DNA from: Microcoleus sp.
Lineage (GTDB): Bacteria; Cyanobacteriota; Cyanobacteriia; Cyanobacteriales; Microcoleaceae
Direction of reading: 5' to 3'
Assembly (NCBI GenBank): GCA_052279835.1
Contig: CP181291.1
Span: 5,408,001 to 5,472,000 of the forward strand
DNA length: 64,000 bases
Part shown: positions 51,317-61,421 of the stretch, one piece after another
How the letters are laid out: each line of letters starts with the position of its first letter
Numbering within the stretch: position 1 is the stretch's first letter
The notes under the pieces: model-generated
Databases searched by the model: none
What the model was told of the DNA's origin: nothing
The model's input: only the letters and a program-made list of their open reading frames with translations
Program-made: the position numbers and the translations under genes

Positions 51317-52168
51317 TTAGTTTACCTCTTTTCGGCGCAGAAAACCAATTAGAGCATCACCAACTTTTTCTGACCAATGTTCTTGAGGATAATGCCCTGC
51401 TTGTTCTACTTTGACCAACTCTGCATTGGACAATGAACTAACTAACTTTTCCACTGGTTGCACGCTCAGCCAAGGGTCTGTTAATCCCCATATAAATAAG
51501 GTGGGTCTAGTCCATGCGGAAAAGCCCGATTCAATTTCTGCTATTGACTGTGGCAATTGAATATTGCGGACTGTGTTCATGAGCGATCGCCCCGCATCGG
51601 AACTCTTCAAAAATGGACGGCGATAAACATCTAAATCCTTGTCTGATATGGGATATCGACAGCCACCTTCTAAGGTTCTGTCCACCAAAAGTGGGTCTTG
51701 GGTCATCATATCGCCAATAAAAGGCAGTCCTAATTGCTGCATTTTCCAAGGTAATTTTATATCTGCTGAAACTGGTGTATTAATGACTACTAAACGTTCA
51801 ATTTTATCGGGGTTGCGCAGGGCATATTGAATGCCTGCGGAAGCTAAAAATCCTTGGACTATTAGGTAAAACTTGTCTATTTCTAAAGCTTGAATAAAAT
51901 CAGCAAATGCTTGCACAAAAGCATCGGGAGTGTAGGGAAAGTCGCGTTTGTCCGGTTTGGTCGATCGCCCATAACCGATCCAATCTGGTGCGATCGCCCG
52001 AAATCCGTTAGTCGCTAAATCGGGCATGATAGCAGTCCAAGTAAAACTCTGAGATGGCAAACCGTGCAGTAACAGCACAGGATGTTTATCAGTTTTGTTA
52101 AGCGGATTTGTTTCTCGATAAAACCATTCCAGGGACCCGGACTGGATTGTCTTTTCGTCAATTGACAT
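51317..52168 (-). CDS. Alpha/beta hydrolase (haloalkane dehalogenase-like fold)
   Basis: [17 protein letters not shown] and GHYPQE; the upstream extension of the ORF is STRR sequence. Confidence 0.85.
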   Translation of the reverse strand: MSIDEKTIQSGSLEWFYRETNPLNKTDKHPVLLLHGLPSQSFTWTAIMPDLATNGFRAIAPDWIGYGRSTKPDKRDFPYTPDAFVQAFADFIQALEIDKFYLIVQGFLASAGIQYALRNPDKIERLVVINTPVSADIKLPWKMQQLGLPFIGDMMTQDPLLVDRTLEGGCRYPISDKDLDVYRRPFLKSSDAGRSLMNTVRNIQLPQSIAEIESGFSAWTRPTLFIWGLTDPWLSVQPVEKLVSSLSNAELVKVEQAGHYPQEHWSEKVGDALIGFLRRKEVN

Positions 52169-52176
52169 TATTTTAA

Positions 52177-52243
52177 GAATGGGGAATGGGGAATTGGGAA
52201 TGGGGAATTGGGAATGGGGAATGGGGAATTGGGAATTGGGAAT
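52177..52243. repeat. STRR heptamer tandem (GGGAAT[GT])n
   Basis: About 9 copies; other STRR tracts near 53384-53460, 57115-57170 and 63451-63485. Confidence 0.9.
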
Positions 52244-52273
52244 AGCTAAAGTATATTGGCAGTTGCTATCTAT

Positions 52274-52304
52274 CAAACAAGAGGGCGGGGAATACCCGCC
52301 CTCA
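52274..52304 (-). terminator. Terminator after petA
   Basis: GAGGGCGGG...CCCGCCCTC hairpin followed by TTGTTT on the minus strand. Confidence 0.7.
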
Positions 52305-52360
52305 TTACCTAGTAGTAGAATGTCTAGGACACTTTACTGGCGATCGAGTTAAAGCCACTC

Positions 52361-53368
52361 TTAGAAATTCATTTCAGCAGCTTGAACTTTTTCGACCTGT
52401 TTCTTCTTGAGAACCAGCATGATTTGAGCCAACATGGTCAAGGCCAAGAAAGCCATCAACCCTTTAACGCGATCGGCACTTTGCAGCACAATCTCAACAT
52501 CTTTTTGACCAAACCCACCTACATTAGGATTGTTTGTCAAAGCTTCACCTGCTGTCACAGTTTGTCCTTCAGAAACAAGCAGTTCAGGGCCCGGAGGAAT
52601 TGTCTCAACAACTGCTTCACCTTCTGTCGGTAGAATTGTTACTTCATAACCGCCATCTTCTGGTGTGGAAATTTTAGAAATTGTACCAGCTACCGAAGCA
52701 TTATAAACAGTATTATTGCTTTTTGCACCAGTAGGATAAACCTGACCGCGACCGCGGTTGCCACCGACATAAATTAGGTATTTACCAAAGTGAACGGACT
52801 TGTCAGTTGCTGGATTTGGCGACAAAACTGGGAATACCAATTCTTTGTACTGATCTCCTGGCAGTGGGCCCACTAAAACAATATTTTCTTGGGTTTCGCT
52901 GTAAGGTTGGAAGTAAAGATCGCCGACTTTTTCCTTCATTTCTTCAGGAATTCTGTCTTCGGGAGCAATTTTGAAACCTTCGGGCAACATCACAACAGCG
53001 CCCACATTCAAGCCACCTTTGCTACCATCGCCAACTACTTGTTGAACGTTGGTATCGTAGGGAACTTTGACAATAGCTTCAAAAACTGTGTCCGGCAAAA
53101 CAGATTGGGGTACTTCTACTTCGGTGGGTTTGGCGCCGAGGTGACAGTTAGCGCAAACAATTTTGCCCGTTGCTTCGCGGGGAGTAGCGGGTGCTGTTTG
53201 CTGAGCCCAGAAAGGATAGGCTAGTGCTGCTTGGGGAAGTGCGATGTCGCTGCTGAGGAAAAATGCGGCGGCGGCGATCGCAACTATGGCAGTTTTGGCG
53301 ATCGTCCGAGCACTGCGACGAACAATCGCAGATAAATTAATTTGTGGCATCAGAGTATTCAATCTCAA
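52361..53368 (-). CDS. petA: Apocytochrome f
   Basis: YPFWAQ, CANCH heme motif, [26 protein letters not shown]. Confidence 0.98.
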   Translation of the reverse strand: MRLNTLMPQINLSAIVRRSARTIAKTAIVAIAAAAFFLSSDIALPQAALAYPFWAQQTAPATPREATGKIVCANCHLGAKPTEVEVPQSVLPDTVFEAIVKVPYDTNVQQVVGDGSKGGLNVGAVVMLPEGFKIAPEDRIPEEMKEKVGDLYFQPYSETQENIVLVGPLPGDQYKELVFPVLSPNPATDKSVHFGKYLIYVGGNRGRGQVYPTGAKSNNTVYNASVAGTISKISTPEDGGYEVTILPTEGEAVVETIPPGPELLVSEGQTVTAGEALTNNPNVGGFGQKDVEIVLQSADRVKGLMAFLALTMLAQIMLVLKKKQVEKVQAAEMNF

Positions 53369-53543
53369 AGGTCTAACAATTTAGTCATTGGTCATTAGTC
53401 ATTTGTCATTGGTTATTAGTCCTTGGTCATTAGTCCTTGGTCCTTGGTCATTAGTTGTTAGTTATGCGCATCGAAATATTTCCCAACTCCGACATTTTTA
53501 CCTACTAACTAATGACTGCTGACTGCTGACTAATGACTAATAA

Positions 53544-54086
53544 CTATGACCACCAAGGGGCTTCCCCGGTGCGGAAGTCAGTTTCTGTCCAAGGAGTAAA
53601 AGCCAGCTTGTCATCTGCGACAGTGGCGTGGGCCAGGGCCAGAGACAAAGGTGCTGGACCGCGTACCACTTTGCCCTCACTGTTGTATTGAGAACCGTGG
53701 CAAGGACAGATAAACTTGTTTTCGCTAGCATTCCAAGGTACGACGCAGCCCAAGTGAGTGCAGACTGCATTGATGCCGTATTCGGCAAAAGATGAGTCTT
53801 TTTCCACCACAATATAAGTGGGGTCGCCTTTGAGACCTTGAGCTAGGCTACGATCGCCCGCGGGATGGGAAACCAAATATTCACTGACTACGATGTCGTT
53901 ACCCAGGGCATCTTTAGCTGTTACCCCGCCACCGGCGGCCCCACTCGAAGGAGGAATAAAATAGTTGACAACAGGATAGAGTGCGCCCAGTGCCACACCT
54001 GTGACAGTACCGAACGTCAGCAAATTCATAAATTGGCGACGCCCCATATCGGGGACATCGGGATTTCCAGCAGAAGTTTGAGCCAT
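53544..54086 (-). CDS. petC: Cytochrome b6f Rieske Fe-S subunit
   Basis: [17 protein letters not shown] and CPCHGS. Confidence 0.98.
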   Translation of the reverse strand: MAQTSAGNPDVPDMGRRQFMNLLTFGTVTGVALGALYPVVNYFIPPSSGAAGGGVTAKDALGNDIVVSEYLVSHPAGDRSLAQGLKGDPTYIVVEKDSSFAEYGINAVCTHLGCVVPWNASENKFICPCHGSQYNSEGKVVRGPAPLSLALAHATVADDKLAFTPWTETDFRTGEAPWWS

Positions 54087-54299
54087 GACCTGCCTTTGCG
54101 TTTTTAAGTTACGTTTGTTTGCGAGCTGTAGCTGTGAATCTGTTACGTGCAGACAACGGCAATCATTGCGGTCTGCTTTCACTTTCATCTCGGCTGTGAA
54201 AATTCCTTTTAAGAATGCAGCTTCCAGCCTTTATTAGAGTATTATTACATTTTTTGAACTTTGTCTTTTATTGTTTAAGAAATTCACTCAGGAGAAACC

Positions 54300-54617
54300 A
54301 TGACGGGCAAGGATTTACACCAGCTATTAATACAAAAATGGGGAAAATCTTACGATATCAGATTGCGGCGGACGCGGGGCAAGATTTTTGTCCAAGTTAT
54401 GTGGAAGTATCTGGAACAGGTGTCTTTCCCGATGACGGAGGCTGATTATTTTGAGCATTTAGACGCAGTGGCCAATTACCTCAACGGCTGGGGAAGCAGC
54501 GCCCAGGTGAGAGAGTATATTGAAACTACTCGCGATCGCCCCCGTTTGGGCAAAGCTGTCAGCGTCCCTCTAGATTTGGGGGAAAGAGCCTCGGAGTGGC
54601 TGCTGGACGAGTTTTGA
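54300..54617 (+). CDS. DUF3067-family protein
   Basis: KWG.SYD...QVMWKYLEQ.SFP...RPRLGKAVS; divergent from petC. Confidence 0.88.
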   Translation: MTGKDLHQLLIQKWGKSYDIRLRRTRGKIFVQVMWKYLEQVSFPMTEADYFEHLDAVANYLNGWGSSAQVREYIETTRDRPRLGKAVSVPLDLGERASEWLLDEF

Positions 54618-54845
54618 ATCAGTTATTAGTCAGTAGTCAGCAGTCATTAGTAAGTACCGATCTACACAGCCGACAGCAGTTACACAATTGTACGCGCGAT
54701 CGGATACCTGTGGGCCAAACGGGGCGATCGCTCCCGATCTAGCAGTCCCGACAGCACCCTTTACCAAAATCTCAGACATAAAATCAGCATCAATTTCACA
54801 TACAATGAGTTTCAGATATCCCGTGAAATTTAGGAGAATGTTGTA

Positions 54846-55154
54846 ATGGGTGTTGCAGTTGGAATGGTTGAAGTCTTAGGACTTCCTGCTGCGGTAGAAG
54901 TTGCGGACTCAATGGTGAAAGCAGCCCGCGTTACTTTAGTTCGCTATGAGAAAATCACCCGTGCTTACTGGACAATTATAGTTCGAGGAGATATATCGGA
55001 AGTACAAGCCGCCGTTGCTGCGGGGATTGAATCAGTTAAAAAGGTCGATGGTGGAAAGTTGCTATCGTATCATATTATTGCTCGTCCCCACGAAAATCTG
55101 GATTACATTTTGCCCATCGGTTACACCCCAGAGGTTGAACAGTTCCGAATGTAG
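54846..55154 (+). CDS. ccmK: Carboxysome shell hexamer, satellite CcmK paralog
   Basis: BMC domain: AVGMVE...[12 protein letters not shown]...RGD.SEVQ...[22 protein letters not shown]. Confidence 0.9.
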   Translation: MGVAVGMVEVLGLPAAVEVADSMVKAARVTLVRYEKITRAYWTIIVRGDISEVQAAVAAGIESVKKVDGGKLLSYHIIARPHENLDYILPIGYTPEVEQFRM

Positions 55155-55283
55155 TTAAGGTTTTAGCAAAACTTTGATGTGGAATTTTAACATTTACTAT
55201 TATAGAGACGCGGGCGATCGCATCTCTATAATTTTTAGACCAATAATTTAAAATTAGCAATTAACCATTAGCAATTTGGATGA

Positions 55284-56231
55284 CTACCAGTCTGCAAACT
55301 TATCTGTTGCCTCGATTAAACAGGTGCGAATTCCCGGTTCGCTCATCGAATGCCCAGAATCAGGAACTACAATAAATTCAGCTTCAGGCCAAGCACGATG
55401 CAGTTCCCACGCCGATATCATCGGACAAACAACATCATATCTTCCCTGAACGATAACCGCCGGAATCTTGCGGATGCGATCGATATTTACAAGCAATTTA
55501 TCTTCCGGCTCTATAAATCCCTTGTTAATAAAATAATGGCACTCAATTCTGGCAAACGCCTCCGCAAAAGCATCAATTCCAAAGCTGTTTTGTATATCTA
55601 AATCTGGAAATAACTTACTCGTACTCCCTTCCCAAATTGACCAAGCACGAGCCGCTTCTAATCTAATTTGAGCATCTGGACTCGTCAAGCGTTGATAATA
55701 AGCTGTTAGCAGATCGTGCCTTTCATTTATAGGGATTGGTTTAACATATTCCTCCCAAGCATCCGGGAAAATATAACTTGCACCTTCCTGATAAAACCAG
55801 CGAATTTCTTTTTTTCTCAACATAAAAATACCGCGCAAGATTAAACCTTTACAACGGTCGGGATGGGTTTGACTGTAAGCTAAAGATAGAGTGCTTCCCC
55901 AACTACCACCAAAAACAACCCATTGCTGAATATTTAAATATTCTCGAAGTTTCTCAATATCGTTGACTAAATCCCAAGTTGTATTTTCTTGCAATTCTGC
56001 ATGAGGTTTACTTTGACCGCACCCTCGTTGGTCAAACATGACCAAACGCCATTTTTGCGGGTCAAAATATTGTCTGTAAAAAGGCGGACATCCACCTCCA
56101 GGACCCCCGTGTAGCAATACAATAGGTTTTCCCTCTGGGTTGCCTGACTCTTCAAAATGAATGGTATGGAGATCAGAAACTTTGAGTTTTCCTTCGTGAT
56201 AAGGTAGTCTTGGCGGGTAAAGTTCTCGCAT
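55284..56231 (-). CDS. pip: Proline iminopeptidase
   Basis: HGGPGGG, FDQRGCG, GGSWG and GRYD motifs. Confidence 0.95.
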   Translation of the reverse strand: MRELYPPRLPYHEGKLKVSDLHTIHFEESGNPEGKPIVLLHGGPGGGCPPFYRQYFDPQKWRLVMFDQRGCGQSKPHAELQENTTWDLVNDIEKLREYLNIQQWVVFGGSWGSTLSLAYSQTHPDRCKGLILRGIFMLRKKEIRWFYQEGASYIFPDAWEEYVKPIPINERHDLLTAYYQRLTSPDAQIRLEAARAWSIWEGSTSKLFPDLDIQNSFGIDAFAEAFARIECHYFINKGFIEPEDKLLVNIDRIRKIPAVIVQGRYDVVCPMISAWELHRAWPEAEFIVVPDSGHSMSEPGIRTCLIEATDKFADW

Positions 56232-56281
56232 TTTTTCAATTATTCATAATTAGAACGTGTTTATTTTACATCATTAAGAAA

Positions 56282-57112
56282 TCAGCGTCCTAAAAGCTTC
56301 ACCAAACCTATTCCTCCAAAGTAAAGAGCTAGCACCGCACCTCCCAAAAGACTTTGAGTCAAAGGGTCAGTTGAAGGCGTTAATACAGCTCCCAAAACCG
56401 CCGCTCCCAAGATTACATAGCGCCAACCAGACAACATTTGCTTAGAAGAAACTATCCCTAAAATACCTAGTAAAACTTGGACGATCGGAATTTGAAACGC
56501 TAAGCCGGTGCTGAACATTAATAATAAAACAAATTCAAAGTATTTGTCGATCGACCATAATTGCTCTACCACATCAGCCCCATAGGTGACAAAGAAGTTC
56601 AGCGCCGCCGGAATCAAAGCGATGTAAGCAAAGACTAACCCACCTAAAAACAGGAAGCTAGAACCGAAGAAAACAGGGCCGAGTAACCCCCGTTCTTTGC
56701 GAGTTAAGCCTGGGAGCACAAATAACGCTATTTGGTAAAAAATAAACGGACTGGCGATTAACAAACCGCTGTAACCAGCCACTTTGATCGAGACAAAGAA
56801 ATACTCTCCGGGAGCTAGTTGCAAAAATTTGACTGCTCCTGCTGGTACTTCTAGCAATTTAACGATCGGTCTCACATATAAAAAGCAGCCGACAATACCA
56901 ATTACTACTGCAATTAGTGCATAGAAAATTCGCAGCCGCAATTCTTCTAAATGATCGAACAAAGACATCTCAACTTCGTCGGGGAGTTCGTCGAGAAATT
57001 CGTTTTCCAAGTTGCGAGTACGGATTGCACCGTCGCCGATTGGTGCAATGCTGGGTTCGATGTTGTTGTCGGAACCTACTTCGGATGTCTCCAAGTCTGA
57101 GGGGGCTGTCAT
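56282..57112 (-). CDS. tatC: Twin-arginine translocase TatC
   Basis: [18 protein letters not shown]...E, FQIP and TPSTDP. Confidence 0.96.
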   Translation of the reverse strand: MTAPSDLETSEVGSDNNIEPSIAPIGDGAIRTRNLENEFLDELPDEVEMSLFDHLEELRLRIFYALIAVVIGIVGCFLYVRPIVKLLEVPAGAVKFLQLAPGEYFFVSIKVAGYSGLLIASPFIFYQIALFVLPGLTRKERGLLGPVFFGSSFLFLGGLVFAYIALIPAALNFFVTYGADVVEQLWSIDKYFEFVLLLMFSTGLAFQIPIVQVLLGILGIVSSKQMLSGWRYVILGAAVLGAVLTPSTDPLTQSLLGGAVLALYFGGIGLVKLLGR

Positions 57113-57258
57113 AGGGAATGGCGAATTGGTAATGGGGAATCGGGAATCGGGAATCGGGAATCGAGAATCGACCCTAAAAGTATTGGTCTTGATTATTATA
57201 ACCAACAACAAACAACTAACAACTAATAACTACTGACTAAGGACTACTGACTTCTTCT

Positions 57259-58203
57259 TTATTCAATGACGATCGCAATTTTGCCAACGGCGCGCCCCGT
57301 TTCGCTGTAAGCGTGGGCTGCTGCTACTTCTTCGAGGCTGTAAGTGCGATCGACAATCGGCTCAACTTGACCAGACTCGATTAATTCCCGCAAACTCCCT
57401 AAAGCGCTGTGATTAGCGTTAGCTACAATTAATTTAGCTTTTTTGCCAGACATAAACAAGCTTAAAAACATCGGCGCAAGGTTCTCGAAACTGGGCAAAG
57501 TCGAAATATAAACTCCCTCCGTTTGCAACACGTTTTCGCAGTCATCAAAGTTTTTTTTGCCGACAGCATCCAAGATTATATCATACTTTTGTATTTGTTG
57601 AGTAAAGTCAACTTCAGCATAATCCAGAACAATATCTGCTCCCAAATTCTGCACAAAATTTAGATTCTTGGCACTGCAAACTCCTGTAACTTCCGCCTTC
57701 ATCGCTTTCGCAATTTGGACTGCAAAAATGCCAACTCCGCCGGAAGCACCATTAATCAATACTTTTTTTCCAGCTTGAATTTCACCCAAATCCCGGAGTG
57801 CTTGCAAAGCAGTTAAACCTGCAATTGGTACTGCTGCTGCTTCCGCATGAGTAACGTTTTGAGGTTTAATTGCCGCAGTAGATTCTGGTACAGCGCAGTA
57901 TTGGGCACAAGCGCCACCACTCAGCGGATTTAAGAAAGTATAAATCTCGTCTCCCGGTTGAAATCGGGTGACATCTTGACCAACTTCCACTACAACTCCA
58001 GATATGTCTGAACCGACAATGCGAGGAAAGTTAAATCCTGACAATAGTTGCAGGTGTCCTTGCCGGATTTTCCAGTCTACGGGGTTGACGCTGCTAGCGC
58101 GAACTTGCACTAGCAATTGATCTGGTTTGATGGTTGGCTGTTCCACTTCTCGGTATTGCAATACCTCAATGTCGCCGTAGCGATCGAAGACAACTGCTTG
58201 CAT
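57259..58203 (-). CDS. NAD(P)-dependent oxidoreductase (zinc-free MDR/quinone reductase type)
   Basis: SVNPVDWK, GSDISGVV, NGASGGVG and GKIAI. Confidence 0.9.
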   Translation of the reverse strand: MQAVVFDRYGDIEVLQYREVEQPTIKPDQLLVQVRASSVNPVDWKIRQGHLQLLSGFNFPRIVGSDISGVVVEVGQDVTRFQPGDEIYTFLNPLSGGACAQYCAVPESTAAIKPQNVTHAEAAAVPIAGLTALQALRDLGEIQAGKKVLINGASGGVGIFAVQIAKAMKAEVTGVCSAKNLNFVQNLGADIVLDYAEVDFTQQIQKYDIILDAVGKKNFDDCENVLQTEGVYISTLPSFENLAPMFLSLFMSGKKAKLIVANANHSALGSLRELIESGQVEPIVDRTYSLEEVAAAHAYSETGRAVGKIAIVIE

Positions 58204-58503
58204 GGCTATTTTTTAGATTTATTTCAAATATAACGCTCTATCCTGTAGGATTATTATATAGCTATTCTCTTTCGTTTGTGAACAAGATTTTTGTTTTTTT
58301 ACCGCAGAGGGCGCAGAGAGCGCAGAGAGCGAGAAAAGATAGAGATAGAGATCGTGTGTTTTGAGATTGTTAATATAAAGTACCTCTAAAGACTCACTGT
58401 TAAACTTTGGATATTTGCGCTAATTTATCACTTTAGCCAGAGGTTGAGCAAAATCTCAATGATTTATCTTTAAAATAACCAGATAGTCTGAGGCAATTTG
58501 ATT

Positions 58504-59601
58504 ATGACAACAAATAATAGAATCCCAACAAAACGAGTTGCCATACTCATTGAAAATGGAGTTGAGGATTCGGAGTTTCTAGTTCCTTATAATGCCTTAA
58601 AACAGGCCAATTTTGATGTGGTGGTCCTTGGTTCCCGCACTAATGAAAAGTATGCAGGGAAACAGGGCAAATTATCCATGCAAGCTGACGGAACTACTAC
58701 TGAAGCAGTAGCGACAGAATTTGATGCAGTGGTAATTCCTGGCGGTATGGCTCCCGATACTATGCGGACTAATCCGAATACCGTGGGATTTGTCAAAGAA
58801 GCTTTTGAAGCAGGAAAAATTGTGGCTGCTGTTTGTCACGGACCACAACTTTTGATTGAAGCTGATTTGCTAAAAGGCAAAAACGCCACTGGTTTTTTGG
58901 CAATTAAAACTGACATGATTAATGCGGGTGCTAACTACATTAATGAAAGTTTAGTCATTGACGGCAATTTAATTACTTCCCGGCAACCAGGAGATTTAGC
59001 AATATTTACCACTGCAATTTTATCTCGACTTGGTTACGGTGGCAAGGAAGTCGGTTTGCCAGAAGAAACTGACACTAATGCAGAATGGTGGAAATTAGCT
59101 AATGCCTGGGGTGGTTCCACCCAAGGTGATATTGTTAAAGGCTTGAATACTGCCTTGGCTGGGGAACGCTATGCTTGTGAAGCTTTTGCAAATTATGCTG
59201 AAAAAACGCAAGATAGCGAATTGCGATCGCTCCTGACGGAAATGATTCAAAATAAACAACACCACATCATCGCCCTAGAAAGTCGTCTTAACGATTTCGG
59301 CGAAAAACCTTCGATTCCCGCCCAAATTGCTGATAAATACGCGAAGTTAAAAGCCTCTGTGCAAGGCACAGATGAACTGTTCTTGCTACGCAGCACTCTG
59401 GGGGATTTACAAACAGGGGTTGTCGATATCAACCACCTACGGGCTAAGTTTACCGATCCGGTATCAACTGCCATTTTTACAGAGATACAATCAGATTTGT
59501 CTAAATGCGAGCAAGCCGTTGCTAAAGTCTACCGCGCCCACGCTCTTTCCCAGGAAATTAAAGCTCCTAAACCTTCTACTAGCCCCGCTGTAAAAATGTA
59601 A
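58504..59601 (+). CDS. DJ-1/PfpI protease-deglycase fused to a ferritin-like domain
   Basis: EDSE, IPGG.APD, AVCHGP and TSRQPGDL; C-terminal four-helix LNTALAGE...H...LE domain. Confidence 0.85.
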   Translation: MTTNNRIPTKRVAILIENGVEDSEFLVPYNALKQANFDVVVLGSRTNEKYAGKQGKLSMQADGTTTEAVATEFDAVVIPGGMAPDTMRTNPNTVGFVKEAFEAGKIVAAVCHGPQLLIEADLLKGKNATGFLAIKTDMINAGANYINESLVIDGNLITSRQPGDLAIFTTAILSRLGYGGKEVGLPEETDTNAEWWKLANAWGGSTQGDIVKGLNTALAGERYACEAFANYAEKTQDSELRSLLTEMIQNKQHHIIALESRLNDFGEKPSIPAQIADKYAKLKASVQGTDELFLLRSTLGDLQTGVVDINHLRAKFTDPVSTAIFTEIQSDLSKCEQAVAKVYRAHALSQEIKAPKPSTSPAVKM

Positions 59602-59618
59602 TCCGCACGCGGTTAAAT

Positions 59619-59670
59619 AAGTTTGCAGTTGCACGTAATCAGAAATGAGTCAACGCGCAACTGCAAACTT
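59619..59670. terminator. Inverted repeat after the PfpI gene
   Basis: AAGTTTGCAGTTGC...GCAACTGCAAACTT. Confidence 0.6.
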
Positions 59671-59767
59671 GTGCTGTAAAAAATTAAATTTACTGATTTC
59701 AGGTAAAATAAAACCTAAGACTGAAAAGCAGGTACTCAAATAACCACACGGTGGAGGGTTTTATTCA

Positions 59768-61253
59768 ATGGGTTCTATATTCGTTTCAGCCGGACATGGC
59801 GGCTTTGAAGGAAATCAGCGCGATCCAGGCGCAATGGCTTTTGGTACAACCGAAGCCCAGGAACTTATGCTAATTCGGGATTTATTAGTACCTGAATTGC
59901 GGCAGCGAGGCATCGAAACTTTCTCAGTACCAGATACTCTGAGTTTAGTGCAAACTATCGCTTGGATCAACGACCGCTGTCGCGCGGGAGATGTCGCTCT
60001 AGAAATGCACGCTGATGCTTTTTCTAATCCCCAGGTTCGCGGTTCCAGTGTGTTTTATATTGGTAGCAACCCTAAGCGCAAAGCAGATGCTGATTTAATC
60101 TTAAATGGCTATTTGCGACGTCTTCCAGGTATGGTCAGTCGCGGTTCAAAAGCAGACACTGAGGCCGGTGTTGGTAGTTTGGGATTTTGTCGGCGAGTGG
60201 CCATCCCTTCTCTGCTGATAGAAACTCGGTTTTTTGACTAATCCCGACGACTTGCGAACGTTTCAAACTCGTCGCCGCGATGTTGCTCTCGGATTGGCTG
60301 ATGGACTCGAAGCTTGGTTAAAAAATACGGGTTTGAAACCCTTACCTACACCCACACCCACACCTGCGCCCACACCCACACCAAAACCCACACCCACACC
60401 TGCACCTACACCCGCAACCATAACCACACCCACACCTCCACCCACACCTACACCTCCACCCACACCCACACCTACACCTCCACCCACACCCATAAGTTAT
60501 CCACCAATTAATATCAACATTAACGGTGAACCCCACGAAGAGAAAGGTATTTTGGTGAATGGAAATGCTTTTGTTCCGTCAGAAGTTCTGGATATTTTTG
60601 ATATCGAACCTGCTGCTCTGGATCGGCGGATTACCTATAATGGAATAGTATTTGTGCGAGCGATCGATTTGCGCGATCGCGATATTGCCGTAGCCTGGGA
60701 TCAGTCCACAACCTCTGTGTCATTGCGATCGCGCCGCGATATCCTTTCAGGAGTGGGAAAAATCATGAATCGCGGTCAAACTACTGCCCAACAAATGACA
60801 GTATTCCTGACCAAAAACAACAGCAAAGCCCTGACCCAATTTCCCAATTTACCTCAAATTTATATCCAAGAAGCAGCGGCAGAAAGCGTCAACCATGACC
60901 TAGCATTTTGCCAAATGTGTGTAGAAACAAATTTTCTCAATTTTGGCGGTTCTGTCAAACCTGAACAATTTAACTTTGCCGACATGGGAGTCATCAACGC
61001 AACCAGTTCCGGCCTCTCCTTTCCCGATGCCCGGACAGGAGTCAGAGCTCACATTCAGCATCTCAAAGCCTACGGTAGCACAGAACCAATCAACCAACCT
61101 TTAGTTAAAGAAAACGTGCGTTTTAAGTTTGTCAAGCGGGGTGTCGCCCCCACGGTGAATGAATTGGTAGGACGATGGAATGCCGACCCCCAATACGCCC
61201 AAACAATCCTGAATACAATCCGGTTGTTGTATGAAAATGCTGGTTTGTTATAA
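59768..61253 (+). CDS. tftA: Amidase_3 + Pro/Thr linker + glucosaminidase protein (TftA-like), apparent +1 frameshift near 60223
   Basis: IFVSAGHGG..DPGA..GTTEA, ALEMH; removing one A restores IELGFLTNPDD; C-terminal FCQMCVETNFL..QFNFA..HIQHLKAY. Confidence 0.75.
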
Positions 61254-61421
61254 CTGAGATCTTGCACGAATATCAAGAACAGGCAAGATGCCTGTTCTAC
61301 AAAAAGTTAATTTTCTTTCTCGTTTCTCGTTACCAGGCTCTGCCTGGTAACGCAGATCCAGAGGCTTCGCCTCAACTAAAAAAAAGTTTCAGATGTTAAT
61401 TTTAAATCCCTCAATATAATT

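Noticed and set aside
60340..60495. CACACC-rich repeat as a non-coding element, or the Cys/His-rich alternative ORFs
   Set aside because: It encodes the Pro/Thr linker of the amidase-glucosaminidase; the other frames are shadows.
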